A stretch of DNA of 64,000 nucleotides, from the NCBI GenBank assembly GCA_902630355.1, contig CACOUL010000010.1, positions 567-64,566 on the forward strand, in the 5' to 3' direction. The notes beneath the pieces are model-generated. The model did no database searches. It was not told the DNA's origin and worked only from the letters and a program-made list of their open reading frames with translations. Origin of the DNA: Planctomycetaceae bacterium. GTDB taxonomy: Bacteria; Planctomycetota; Planctomycetia; Pirellulales; UBA7805. This document shows, piece after piece, positions 1-9,566 of this stretch (positions are counted from its first letter, which is position 1; each line of letters opens with the position of its first letter). The translations under genes were made by a program, and so were the position numbers.

Positions 1-441
1 CCAAAAAACAAAAAACCACAACACGGTCATATGCGATATATGCAAAAAGTATATAAGCATTTCAGCGATGAAGAGATAATTGAAATGTTTATCGCCAACG
101 ATAAACTACGACAGCAAGAATATAATGTGATAGAGCATTTTTATTTTTCGCGGATTTTGCTTTTTCATCCGAACGTTTTAAAGGTACGATTCGAGGATTT
201 AATTGGCCCGCGCGGAGGTGGGGAGCACCAGAGGCAACTTGAATCAATCAAGGCCTTCACACAATATCTCTCAATAGATCAAGCTGATATTGAGTCGATC
301 GCTGACAGCCTATTCTCAGAAGATAGTGCGACCTTTCGTCGGGCTATGGTAGGATCTTACAAAACGTTTCTCACACCAGATCAGCTTGATTATTTCAACA
401 AACGCCACGCGAAAATTCTTTCACAATACGGTTACGAGTAA
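1..441 (+). CDS. Sulfotransferase-family protein, C-terminal part (5' end probably outside the window)
   Basis: Frame 1 is open from base 1, with no stop before the listed ATG at 31. The C-terminal FRRAMVGSYKTFLTPDQ resembles the RKGxxGxW PAPS-binding motif of sulfotransferases. The stretch is visibly AT-richer than its neighbours. Confidence 0.45.
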   Translation, partial: PKNKKPQHGHMRYMQKVYKHFSDEEIIEMFIANDKLRQQEYNVIEHFYFSRILLFHPNVLKVRFEDLIGPRGGGEHQRQLESIKAFTQYLSIDQADIESIADSLFSEDSATFRRAMVGSYKTFLTPDQLDYFNKRHAKILSQYGYE

Positions 442-487
442 GCCCACCCAGAAGAAGTCGCAAAGCCACGCCTTGCTCAAAGGGTAC

Positions 488-1654
488 CTATTGGGCGGAA
501 GTTGTTTTTTTTGGCAATTGTAGCCACTCGAGTACTACCCATCCGACTTTTGCCATCGATGCCCCTGAGCACCTCTCTGGTGTATCCTCCGAAGTGTGCC
601 AATACCGATTGGTGGGAAATCGAGGATAATCGAAATCGATTATTTGACAGGTGGGTATTTTTCCCACGTTTCTCAACATCAAGTGATCGTCGCGGATCGG
701 CGTTCGCATTTTGGGATGCGTGCGTGGAATAAACTCATCCACGCCGAGTGTTTTAGCGACCTGCCAGATTTCTTCAGTGATTGGTCGGGTGTCTTTCCAC
801 CAAACGCTGTTGCGGTCCTGATAAATCTGCAGATGTCGATCGCCGACCATATCCAGAAGAACTCCCTTGATGTATCGATGTGGTGGCGGAACGCTTTGGT
901 ACTGCCTGGCAAAAAATTCGGATCCCCAAAAATATCGCTGTCGTGGAAAATCGGAAAAGACAAATTCCTCGGCGTCGACCAAAAGAAAATCAACTCCGTA
1001 AGGCCCCTTCAGTTGTGGCATCTGATACGCGAGTTCCATTAAAAGGGCCACGCCACTGGCGCCATCATTTGCACCGATAAAAGTATCCCCGCGCTGTTTC
1101 TCCGGTACACGGGCGTTGTCACCCTGAGGACGAGTATCGTAGTGTGCGCAAATGAGAATACGTTCTTTTTTTTCCGGGTGCCATTCAACAAGTATATTTG
1201 CCGCCTCTTGAGGCGCCCGATTCACTGGATGGGGAAAGCGGAAGCGCTGCATGCTCACTTTTCCCCCAAGTCTGCTGAAATGGTCGACGAGCAATTTCTG
1301 CTGCTCTTGCATGGGCATCGACCCGGTGATCCGCGGTCCCAACGCACAAATTTGGTTAAGAAATTGAAAGACACGCTCCTCATCGAGTGGATTTGAAGGC
1401 TTGGTGTTGGCCGCCACGAGTGCAATGTTACTAGAGTTCGATTGATTCTCTGTGATTTCGGCAACACTGCCTCTGAGCGTATTGGGCGGAAGATTTTCAA
1501 TCGAACGGGATAATTGCCCCTCCTCAGTGATCCCCTCTTTTTTTTCGGCCGACGTGCCTGCCGTCTGACAACCCGTCAAAAGGAAACAGACACCACCCAA
1601 CAAGCACAATGGCCAGAGCCTCTGGAAACAAACTGCTTTTGAACGCCAAAACAT
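488..1654 (-). CDS. M28-family zinc peptidase / glutaminyl-cyclase-like lipoprotein
   Basis: Motifs ILICAHYDTRP, GANDGASGVALLMELA, VDFLLVDAEE and WHTSEDT. Start moved to ATG 1654, giving MFWRSK...CFLLTGCQ, a lipobox signal peptide. The longer 452-aa ORF has an implausible N-terminus. Confidence 0.8.
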   Translation of the reverse strand: MFWRSKAVCFQRLWPLCLLGGVCFLLTGCQTAGTSAEKKEGITEEGQLSRSIENLPPNTLRGSVAEITENQSNSSNIALVAANTKPSNPLDEERVFQFLNQICALGPRITGSMPMQEQQKLLVDHFSRLGGKVSMQRFRFPHPVNRAPQEAANILVEWHPEKKERILICAHYDTRPQGDNARVPEKQRGDTFIGANDGASGVALLMELAYQMPQLKGPYGVDFLLVDAEEFVFSDFPRQRYFWGSEFFARQYQSVPPPHRYIKGVLLDMVGDRHLQIYQDRNSVWWKDTRPITEEIWQVAKTLGVDEFIPRTHPKMRTPIRDDHLMLRNVGKIPTCQIIDFDYPRFPTNRYWHTSEDTPERCSGASMAKVGWVVLEWLQLPKKTTSAQ

Positions 1655-1980
1655 ATCGCAATAAATCCCGAAAACCTTGGTCCCTCTTCCTCGAAAATAC
1701 ACTGCCCTTTCGATAACTGAAATCACACCACCCCACGGTTGAATTCTCATAGACCGGTGTGTCCTTGGCGCACGGGGCAGGATTGAGTGTGGGGGCCACA
1801 TAACGGGTGAGCCACTAGGTATTGTAGCCCTCCAGAGTCTGCGCACCGAATGGGAGATTTTACGGAATTCAGATCATTTTCACGGCGAAAAAAAGCTCAA
1901 TGGCTTGAATATCGATCACAGCAGATGTTACGATATGCGATTCCCTAAATTCGTGCGAATGACGAACGAACCAAGTAATC

Positions 1981-2841
1981 ATGTTTTCCAAAGACCAATA
2001 TCAGTTGCTCGATTTCGGCGACGGCCGTCGCCTGGAGCGATTTGGAGAGTATATTCTCGATCGCCCGAGTCGAGCCGCAGAGGGAGTTCCTAAGCAGCAA
2101 CCGGAGTTGTGGGAGTCCGCACATGCTTCCTATGTGCGTCGGGGAGCTAACGAGGGAGCGTGGCGAAGCACGAATCAAATGCCCCTCTCCTGGAAAATTC
2201 AACATGAAAATTGCGATCTTGAGTTGAAGCTGACCGATTTCGGCCACGTCGGCGTGTTTCCCGAACAATCGGGGAATTGGGATTGGATGACGCGACAATT
2301 AAAAAACACAAACGAAACACTCAAAGTACTCAATCTATTCGCTTATACCGGTGGTGCCACGCTCACGGGTGCGGCACATGGAGCCGAAGTGGTCCACGTC
2401 GATTCAGCCCAAAATAGTGTACTCTGGGCCCGCCGCAATACAGAATCTTCAGGGCTCACCGATGCCTCGATACGCTGGATCACAGAAGATTCAAGAAAGT
2501 TTGCCACACGCGAATTGAAAAGAGGCAACAAATATCATGGTGTCGTCATGGACCCACCGAGTTATGGTCATGGTCCCAAGGGAGAGGTATGGAAAATACA
2601 GCAAGATCTCGATGAATTACTCGATCTCTGTATGCAACTGACGACCAATGATCGTAGGTTTATTTTGATAAGCTGCCACACCACAGGGTATATGCCGCAT
2701 GACTTAGAGCAAAAATTGCGGGTTGCTCTAGGAAGTGGTCATGGAGGAACATTTGAATCAGGAGGACTCGCGATCCGATCCAGCGATGGACGACAACTGC
2801 CTTGCGGTATTGCCGTTCGCTGGAGCAGAAAAGCAGACTGA
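1981..2841 (+). CDS. Class I SAM-dependent methyltransferase (RlmI/RlmK-like)
   Basis: SAM-binding VLNLFAYTGGATL, acidic loop VVHVDSA, catalytic-region VVMDPPSYG. Confidence 0.8.
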   Translation: MFSKDQYQLLDFGDGRRLERFGEYILDRPSRAAEGVPKQQPELWESAHASYVRRGANEGAWRSTNQMPLSWKIQHENCDLELKLTDFGHVGVFPEQSGNWDWMTRQLKNTNETLKVLNLFAYTGGATLTGAAHGAEVVHVDSAQNSVLWARRNTESSGLTDASIRWITEDSRKFATRELKRGNKYHGVVMDPPSYGHGPKGEVWKIQQDLDELLDLCMQLTTNDRRFILISCHTTGYMPHDLEQKLRVALGSGHGGTFESGGLAIRSSDGRQLPCGIAVRWSRKAD

Positions 2842-2856
2842 AAAATCAAATAAATC

Positions 2857-3681
2857 ATGGCCGATTTCCCCGCCATCACGAGCCCGCGGAATGAAAAAAT
2901 TAAAGCGGCCGTCAAACTACGGCGGCGCAAGCATCGTGGCCGTCAAGGTAGAACACTCATTGATGGCGCCCGAGAGTTAAGCCGGGCGATCGCCGCAAAT
3001 ATCCAGATCACGGAAATTTATTTCTGCCCCGCTCTCTGTCAGACGAGTGAAAGTTGTCGACTCTTGGAGCAGATCGATGAATTTACGATGGATGTCTACG
3101 AAGTCTCGGAGAACGTCTTTGAACATTTGGCGTTCGGAGAGCGAGCTGAAGGGTTTATTGGTGTCGCAATCCCGCCAAAAAATGATTTAGACGATCTGGA
3201 GATCCCTCAAAACCCACTGGTCGTGATCGTGGAGGGGATCGAAAAACCGGGGAACCTCGGAGCGATTGTACGCAGTGCAGACGGTGCGGGTGTATCGGCT
3301 GTGATTTTGGCAGACCAAAAGACCGATGTGTTCAATCCGAACGCCATTCGCGCGAGCTTGGGCACCGTGTTTTCTATGTCTATCTGTTCTGCAGAGTCAA
3401 AAGAAGTGTGCAATTGGCTTAAGGTAAAGGGATTTCAGGTGATTGCAGCAGCAGTTGATGCGAAAGATTCTTACGTTGAGGTCGACTATACCGTTCCCAC
3501 GGCAATTATTTTGGGAACCGAGTCAACCGGTCTTTCCGGTATCTGGAAAACTGCCCATCCAGTGAGCATCCCCATGTACGGTGTCGCCGACAGCCTGAAT
3601 GTTTCTGCAAGTGCCGCCGTCCTTTTCTACGAAGCCCAGCGGCAGAAGGCGCTCGGTTCACAGGCACACCTCGTCAGCTAA
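2857..3681 (+). CDS. TrmH/SpoU-family RNA 2'-O-methyltransferase
   Basis: SpoU motifs EGIEKPGNLGAIVRSADGAG, NPNAIRASLGT, ILGTESTGLS and IPMYGVADSLNVSASAAVLFYE. Confidence 0.85.
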   Translation: MADFPAITSPRNEKIKAAVKLRRRKHRGRQGRTLIDGARELSRAIAANIQITEIYFCPALCQTSESCRLLEQIDEFTMDVYEVSENVFEHLAFGERAEGFIGVAIPPKNDLDDLEIPQNPLVVIVEGIEKPGNLGAIVRSADGAGVSAVILADQKTDVFNPNAIRASLGTVFSMSICSAESKEVCNWLKVKGFQVIAAAVDAKDSYVEVDYTVPTAIILGTESTGLSGIWKTAHPVSIPMYGVADSLNVSASAAVLFYEAQRQKALGSQAHLVS

Positions 3682-3742
3682 GAGAGCGTATAGCGGGCCA
3701 CTGCATTGAGCGCAGTCAAAAGCCGCTGCTAACGACTTGAAG

Positions 3743-4492
3743 TCAGAGGAGACTTTCAATGAGTAGTCGCATTTTTCGCATTTCAGCCATTTGATCGACT
3801 TCGGCAATCGGTTGCATATCAACCGATAGTGCCCGATTGTACTTATTTTGCGCCAAAAGATTAACTAGTCGCCCATACTCAATATCTCCCTGCCCCACGC
3901 GCACTTGGAGATTTTCTTTATTGGTATCTCTGAGATAGACGTGCTGCGTGTATTCAATAATCTGTTCATATGTGCGACCAGCCTGTTCTCCGTAGTGGAA
4001 ATAACTGGGGTCCAATGCTACACCAAGTCCCTTGATATGATCACAAAGTACCTTCACCGTATCAGGGTCCTCTGAGATACGCCCGGCTTCCGTCTTGATC
4101 GCAACCACTGTGCCATCGGTCGATGCAATGTCGACGAGTTGTTGTAGGTGTTCTACCTCCGCATTGAATGGTGTCCCGAGTTGGGCAGACCGCAAAATCA
4201 AAGTGACGACCTTCGTCGCCTTGGCAACGGAACAGATTGCAGCAAACTGTTGATAAAATTCATCTCCCTGAGCGGTAATTTCAACGTCATAAGCCACCGG
4301 GGTAAGCCTATGTGTTTGTCGACAAATCGCAATTGCCCTCTCCGGATCGTTTGCAATCTCAGACGGCCTGAGAACCGCAGCTGACTCATGAAAGGGTATC
4401 TCCACTCGTGAATACTCAAGGTCAACGAGTTTCGATAATGCTGCGTCCAGGGCGAGTTCTGGAAAACAATTGCTTGATGCAGCGAGATACAA
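3743..4492 (-). CDS. Sugar phosphate isomerase/epimerase (xylose-isomerase-like TIM barrel)
   Basis: 249-aa ORF with the alternating beta/alpha pattern and acidic and His residues typical of AP-endonuclease-2/xylose-isomerase-like TIM barrels (e.g. YSRVEIPFHE, VALDPSYFHY). Assignment by general resemblance only. Confidence 0.65.
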   Translation of the reverse strand: MYLAASSNCFPELALDAALSKLVDLEYSRVEIPFHESAAVLRPSEIANDPERAIAICRQTHRLTPVAYDVEITAQGDEFYQQFAAICSVAKATKVVTLILRSAQLGTPFNAEVEHLQQLVDIASTDGTVVAIKTEAGRISEDPDTVKVLCDHIKGLGVALDPSYFHYGEQAGRTYEQIIEYTQHVYLRDTNKENLQVRVGQGDIEYGRLVNLLAQNKYNRALSVDMQPIAEVDQMAEMRKMRLLIESLL

Positions 4493-4612
4493 GACTTTTT
4501 CTCCTCAATTCAACACTCGATCCTACCCAGCAATCCAGCCCCCGAGGGCCGAGGGTATGCGGTGGGTGTGTAATGTAACTTTCCGAACGAGTCCCCGCCA
4601 CCACCACCGAAC

Positions 4613-4642
4613 AAAAAAAGAACCCCGACACTCCAAATCGGG
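4613..4642 (-). terminator. Candidate intrinsic terminator on the minus strand, upstream of the isomerase gene
   Basis: Minus strand reads CCCGA-tttggagtg-TCGGG followed by GTTCTTTTTTTG. Stem is 4624..4628 with 4638..4642; the T7 run corresponds to plus-strand A-run 4613..4619. Confidence 0.35.
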
Positions 4643-4837
4643 ACACGTGATGCCATCCACAATCCACCACCTTGAGGGCAAAGTCGCTCATTCACGGTCG
4701 GGTTCAGTTTTGCTTGGCTAGGTCCGATTGCCCTGAGAGCGAGCAATATTAAAATGAGGTCGTCCCTCGATCGAGATCACCGAAACACATTTATACACTC
4801 GCTACTTCCCCTGCAAACTCTTATCGGGAGAAAGACC

Positions 4838-5998
4838 ATGGACCCCAACGATTTTCACAATCTCGACCAACAGTCGGATGATGAAAAAAAAGGAATCAAT
4901 GTGGCGAAGGTAGTCAGCGCACAGTATGCCGGCCCCCCAACAACCGAGGCTCGGTTGCCACAGCGCATTATTTTAGAACAACAAGGAAAAACCTTGAGGC
5001 GAATCCTTTTCCTGCTTTTATTGATCGCACTAGGTATTTCGGTGATGTTTAATTTTGGTCTGCTCGCGCAGTATCACAGTTATGTTCAAACGGATCCCCA
5101 AATGACCGAATTTTTGGAAGCGGGCAATTTCGCTGCGAACCAAAAAATTGCGATTATTGATGTTGATGGAACGATTCTTCAGGGAGAAGGGTTTATAAAA
5201 AAACAGATCGATCGAGTTCGCAAAGACGATCAGGTGAAAGGGATTGTGGTAAGAGTTAATTCTCCCGGTGGTACGGTAACCGCAAGCCACTACATTTATC
5301 ATCACCTCAAGGAACTTAGGAGCGAGAAAGAAGCGAACGGCGAAAGCTTCCCCATGGTGGTGAGCATGGGGGGAGTGGCCGCTAGCGGTGGATATTATAT
5401 CTCGATGGCAGTGGGCGACGCTCCTGATGTTATTTTTGCAGAGAGTACGACATGGACAGGTTCGGTAGGTGTCGTCATTCCCAGTTATGATATTTCCGGA
5501 TTTCTCAACGACCATCAAATCGTGGACCGATCGTACGTAAGTGGTAAATTTAAACAAATGGGCAGTTTTACCCAAAAACAAACTCCTGAGGAAAAGGAAA
5601 AACTCCAAGAGCTAGTCGATGAAAGTTTTCTTGGCTTTCTCGAAGTGGTCTCTTACGGACGCCCAAAAATGTCTGCAGATGAAACTGCAATGACCGAGGT
5701 GAAGACGGGACAAATTTTTACGGCTCAACAAGCATTGCGACTCGGGATGGTCGATCGCATCGGATTCTTGGAAGACGCGGTGAACCGGGTGGCAGAATTA
5801 GCCGGAATGGACGAAGGGCAATACCGAGTCGTACGATATGAACAACCAAAGGGATTTCTGGATGGTGCTTTCAGCATGAACGATTTCCCCTTCCCTGCGA
5901 CTCGAGTGAAGCGTTTTGAGTGGACCACTCCACGCGCCTACTATCTGGCAACGTGGCTTCCCGAAATAACCAATGCGGTCTATCGTGCCATGCCATGA
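4838..5998 (+). CDS. sppA: Signal peptide peptidase SppA (S49 family, 36K type)
   Basis: Motifs VVRVNSPGGTV and GGVAASGGYYISMA, with an N-terminal TM helix. Start set to ATG 4838, preceded by GGGAGAAAG; ATG 4754 has no SD. Confidence 0.85.
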   Translation: MDPNDFHNLDQQSDDEKKGINVAKVVSAQYAGPPTTEARLPQRIILEQQGKTLRRILFLLLLIALGISVMFNFGLLAQYHSYVQTDPQMTEFLEAGNFAANQKIAIIDVDGTILQGEGFIKKQIDRVRKDDQVKGIVVRVNSPGGTVTASHYIYHHLKELRSEKEANGESFPMVVSMGGVAASGGYYISMAVGDAPDVIFAESTTWTGSVGVVIPSYDISGFLNDHQIVDRSYVSGKFKQMGSFTQKQTPEEKEKLQELVDESFLGFLEVVSYGRPKMSADETAMTEVKTGQIFTAQQALRLGMVDRIGFLEDAVNRVAELAGMDEGQYRVVRYEQPKGFLDGAFSMNDFPFPATRVKRFEWTTPRAYYLATWLPEITNAVYRAMP

Positions 5999-6079
5999 GG
6001 GAGTACGCGTGAAAACGCCGCAAAACGCCGGTACAACACAATAGAGCCGAGAAAATTTATGCGAAATGATCGCCACCGG

Positions 6080-7300
6080 TTACTTGCCCGGGATTGTGCG
6101 GAACCGCGGGCCTCGCGCGTCGACGCGAAGGATGTCGATAATTAACCGCAGGCGAGCATCAAATGAATCTTGCTTCGCCAGCTGCTGCTGCAATCCGGAG
6201 GAAAGCCGGGTCACCATCGAGGTATATTCTTTCCTTTCCCCCGGTTTCGAGAGGCTCATTTTCTCGCGTTTCATATTTTTGATCAGCAGAAAAACAAGCC
6301 GACGATTTTTTTCCGGTGGCGAAAGACGTAGAATTTGGTCACGCTGGTTATTATTAATGCGTTTTAAAATTTGCTCCTCATTTCGTATTGCGACTCCCTC
6401 CAACCACTGCATCAGGATGATGCGATCTTTGTTCGAGTAAAACAACGGTGGGTCGGAGTGACTTGGAGGGTGTGGCGAATTCTCTTTCACAAGTTTCTGA
6501 ATAAATAAAATTTTGTCTTTATCTACACGTAGCGCAAGTTCCACTTGGTCACGTGAGTCGAGTTGCTGATACCAATGTGCGTAGGTTACGAGCAACTTCG
6601 ACAAATTGTCGGCATCTTTCGCTGCCAACAAGTCCTGGTGTAAATCGATCAAACGGATTTGTTCCTCACTCGGTATTTGCTGAAAAAAGTTGTAATTATC
6701 AAGTAATAATCTCTTTTTTACGTAAGTCATGGCGTTTAGTCGAAATCGCTTCTGGTCTTCGGACTCGACTGAATCTTGTACAATCCCCGGATAAGGCGCC
6801 ACCTCTGCGCGTGAGGAAAAGTACTCTATTTTGCCGATTTGTTCCACAAATGTGACGTCGTCGACAAGTTGATATTCGGGAAGATTTTCCAGCAAAACCA
6901 AGTGTTCTAAGAGGACCTCGTTGCGATCATCGATGAGAGCGATCGTCGTGAAGTAGCCGATCGCAACGGCAATGACTGCTGCTCCACTAATCAAAAGCCA
7001 CCGTGGACAAGCCTCCCAAGAAAATTTATTGCAATCGACCTCCGGAATTCCTGATGAGCGAATGGCCACCATTTCCACGGTCGACGCCGCAAAGTCCGGG
7101 TTCACCTCTTTCGTCGAGAGTTGATCCAAAAGCGACCAGTTTTTTTGGAGAGATTCAAAACGATGTTTGATTGCCGGATCATTGCGAATTTGTTCTTCCA
7201 GTTTGTTCTTCTCTACCTCCGAAAGTTCCCCGTCGAGGTACGCCGATAATTGCTCGTCCATGCGTTGAGAATCATCTGAATATTTATTTTTATCGTTCAT
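6080..7300 (-). CDS. Anti-sigma factor (zf-HC2-like N-terminus, single TM helix)
   Basis: LSAYLDGELSEVEKNKLEEQIRNDPA motif, TM helix WLLISGAAVIAVAIGYFTTIALI, 19 bp downstream of the ECF sigma gene. Start moved to ATG 7300. Confidence 0.7.
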   Translation of the reverse strand: MNDKNKYSDDSQRMDEQLSAYLDGELSEVEKNKLEEQIRNDPAIKHRFESLQKNWSLLDQLSTKEVNPDFAASTVEMVAIRSSGIPEVDCNKFSWEACPRWLLISGAAVIAVAIGYFTTIALIDDRNEVLLEHLVLLENLPEYQLVDDVTFVEQIGKIEYFSSRAEVAPYPGIVQDSVESEDQKRFRLNAMTYVKKRLLLDNYNFFQQIPSEEQIRLIDLHQDLLAAKDADNLSKLLVTYAHWYQQLDSRDQVELALRVDKDKILFIQKLVKENSPHPPSHSDPPLFYSNKDRIILMQWLEGVAIRNEEQILKRINNNQRDQILRLSPPEKNRRLVFLLIKNMKREKMSLSKPGERKEYTSMVTRLSSGLQQQLAKQDSFDARLRLIIDILRVDARGPRFRTIPGK

Positions 7301-7319
7301 GCGACCAACACCAATCTTT

Positions 7320-7964
7320 TCAAGATTTCGTATTTGGGTGCTCTCCGGTATGAACGTAGGACGCGAGGATATCTCGCAGGCTCCCCCGGGCCCGTGATAA
7401 AAGTGACTTGACGGCCTGTGGCGAAAGTTGCATGACTTTTGCAATATCGGCGTAACTCATTCCTTCGAATTTGGCCAGCAACAGTGCCATCCGCTGCCGT
7501 TCGTTGAGTCCCCCGATGGCAAGTTGTACGACGCCTCGCGTTTCGACCTTGTCGAGTTGCCGGTTCGGCATCTGACCACTGGCAGCTAACGCCAATTGGG
7601 CTAGTGCATCGCCCGCGAGGCCATCAGTATTTCGATGTTCCACGTGAACTTCCCGGCGTCGGGCGAGGGAGCGTCGCGCATTAGAGGCAAGGTTGTTCGC
7701 AATGGTAAAAAGCCAAGTGGAAAATTTCGCGTTGGGCAAATATCTCGCCCTGGCGCGGTAGACCCGCAAAAAAACTTCCTGAGCAAGATCTTCGGCGAGG
7801 TCCCGGCTCCCCACCAAATGCTCAAGAATCCCGAGAAGCCGATTTTGGTACCGGCACACCAATTCCTCAAACGCCCCTGCGTCGCCGTTTTGAACGCGGA
7901 GCATCAGGCGAACATCCGGGTCTTCAGCTTCATAGTCTTTCTGCTTAGACTCGCTGCCAGACAA
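7320..7964 (-). CDS. ECF-type RNA polymerase sigma factor
   Basis: Region 2 (FEELVCRYQNRL...DLAQEVFLRVY...FSTWLFTIANN) and region 4 (MSYADIAKVMQLSPQAVKSLLSRAR). TTG start at 7964 is preceded by GAAAGG. Confidence 0.85.
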   Translation of the reverse strand: MSGSESKQKDYEAEDPDVRLMLRVQNGDAGAFEELVCRYQNRLLGILEHLVGSRDLAEDLAQEVFLRVYRARARYLPNAKFSTWLFTIANNLASNARRSLARRREVHVEHRNTDGLAGDALAQLALAASGQMPNRQLDKVETRGVVQLAIGGLNERQRMALLLAKFEGMSYADIAKVMQLSPQAVKSLLSRARGSLRDILASYVHTGEHPNTKS

Positions 7965-8152
7965 GCGACACCTTTCAAAATAATCGTGCCCGAATAGTAT
8001 GAGGGTCGAAACCCGACGAACTCGGCCAGTTGTTGAGTTTAAACCAAGTATTCACGTTTCGCTAGGATATCGAATAGAGCAAACGATACCCACAGGTAGT
8101 CCACATTTCACAGCAAGCGAACAACGAGAAAATACAAGGTGAAAGCAATCTG

Positions 8153-8989
8153 ATGGGCAAAAGTTATCCGATGAATTGCAAGTACAGAATTGCCGCCATC
8201 CAGATGCGATCGACGCTGAACAAACAGGACAACAATTTCACGGCCGGCGAACTCATTCAGCAGGCCGCTTCACAACAAGCCGCACTCGTTACCCTACCAG
8301 AAACATTTAATTGCCTGGGATCCTATCCAAAGATGGTTTCGCAAGCCGAAGAGATTCCGGGAGAGACGAGCGAATGGATTGCAAAACTCGCCGTAGAAAA
8401 TGAAATATTTATCCACTGCGGAAGCATTTACGAAAAAGCAAAAAAATCAAATGCTATTTACAACACGAGTTTTTTAACTGATCCCTCAGGAAACATTATT
8501 GCCAAGTATCGAAAAATACACTTATTCGATGTTAGTATCCCAAATGAATTCAGTAGTTTGGAGTCTTCCTGGATTCAACCTGGCGACGAAGTCGTCGTGG
8601 AAGATACCTCGATAGGAACACTTGGATTTTCCATTTGTTACGACCTCCGTTTCCCAGAGCTTTATCGCCGTCTAGCCAAACGGGGTGCCCACCTTTTTTT
8701 TGTTCCCGCCGCCTTTCGTGCAACGACCGGCGCTGCCCACTGGGAAGTGCTACTTCGATCTCGGGCTATCGAAAATCAGGCATACATCGTTGCGCCAAAC
8801 CAATGGGGTGATCATCCAAAACTCAGCAATTATGGAAATTCAATGGTTGTCAATCCCTGGGGGGAAATAATTGTACGATCTGACAATACGAAAGACGATG
8901 TGCTCATCGCAGAGATCGATCTGATGCAACTGAACGAAATACGACAATGTCTTCCTGCCTTGGATCACCGTCGAATCGATGCGAGTTGA
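8153..8989 (+). CDS. Carbon-nitrogen hydrolase (nitrilase superfamily, omega-amidase/Nit-like)
   Basis: Catalytic triad context: LPETFN (Glu), YRKIHLFD (Lys), GFSICYDLRFPE (Cys). Confidence 0.85.
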   Translation: MGKSYPMNCKYRIAAIQMRSTLNKQDNNFTAGELIQQAASQQAALVTLPETFNCLGSYPKMVSQAEEIPGETSEWIAKLAVENEIFIHCGSIYEKAKKSNAIYNTSFLTDPSGNIIAKYRKIHLFDVSIPNEFSSLESSWIQPGDEVVVEDTSIGTLGFSICYDLRFPELYRRLAKRGAHLFFVPAAFRATTGAAHWEVLLRSRAIENQAYIVAPNQWGDHPKLSNYGNSMVVNPWGEIIVRSDNTKDDVLIAEIDLMQLNEIRQCLPALDHRRIDAS

Positions 8990-9566
8990 TACTCAAAATG
9001 GACTTAAGTTCTTAAAAAGTCGGAAGAATCCCACTTTTTGCTCGTTCTCCTCTGCAGACATGCGAGCTTTCACAAAACGTTGTTCAATCGATTGCAACGA
9101 ATCAGAGTTTGCATGCAGAGATACTTTCAGCGCTTCCACATTATTTTTTGTTGCCCAAAAAACTTTTTTGTCTGCGTCGCTTGACAATTTTTACGTCCGG
9201 CGCAAAATATGCGGCTAGTGAGAAACTGACTTTCATCTATGACACCGTTTACTCGGTATTCAATAAATTACATGAACGACAATGAGTTGAAGTAGTCGCG
9301 TTGATGTAATTTATTGTTTATCTCTTCACATGTCGGCAACGGGTTGCGATTCACGCCGTGTGGGGCGAAGGGTAATTCGGGATTTGGCTGACGAGTCAGC
9401 GTCTCTTCCACAGAAGTTTGAAGCGCATCTCCACTGATGAATGATCAAAGTGGAGTAAAGCGACAAGCGGTTGGGGGGCGACGACTGCAAGGATCGACAG
9501 TCGGCGACTAGCGTCGTGGCCTGGATGTCCCCTCCATCCTTATTCTCAATCTTCTGTCGAGAACTG

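Noticed and set aside
505-1555. Three 8-nt homopolymer tracts (505..512, 1166..1173, 1548..1555; A8 on the coding strand, Lys-Lys codons) in the M28 peptidase gene, considered as possible phase-variation sites.
   Set aside because: Similar A8/T8 tracts occur in other ordinary genes of the window (e.g. 4884..4891 and 8694..8701). This looks like codon-usage background rather than a contingency locus.
2839-2859. The methyltransferase ORFs 1981..2841 and 2857..3681 are in the same frame and the first ends in TGA.
   Set aside because: A TAA follows in-frame 12 nt later, before the next ATG. The two proteins are complete, unrelated domains. No recoding.
8993-9187. A 64-aa minus-strand ORF with protein-like, charged, coiled-coil composition, convergent with the nitrilase gene.
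   Set aside because: It only has a TTG start with no clear SD. It also contains a terminator-like AT-rich hairpin (about 9026..9049) that would fit the end of the nitrilase transcript. I cannot support it as a gene.
9429-9455. A CUGAUGA box inside a hairpin (CTCCAC...GTGGAG) in the 480-nt gene-poor stretch before folK, reminiscent of a hammerhead ribozyme core.
   Set aside because: The companion GAAA box, stem II and a plausible cleavage-site helix are missing. Only the heptamer matches, which is expected by chance.
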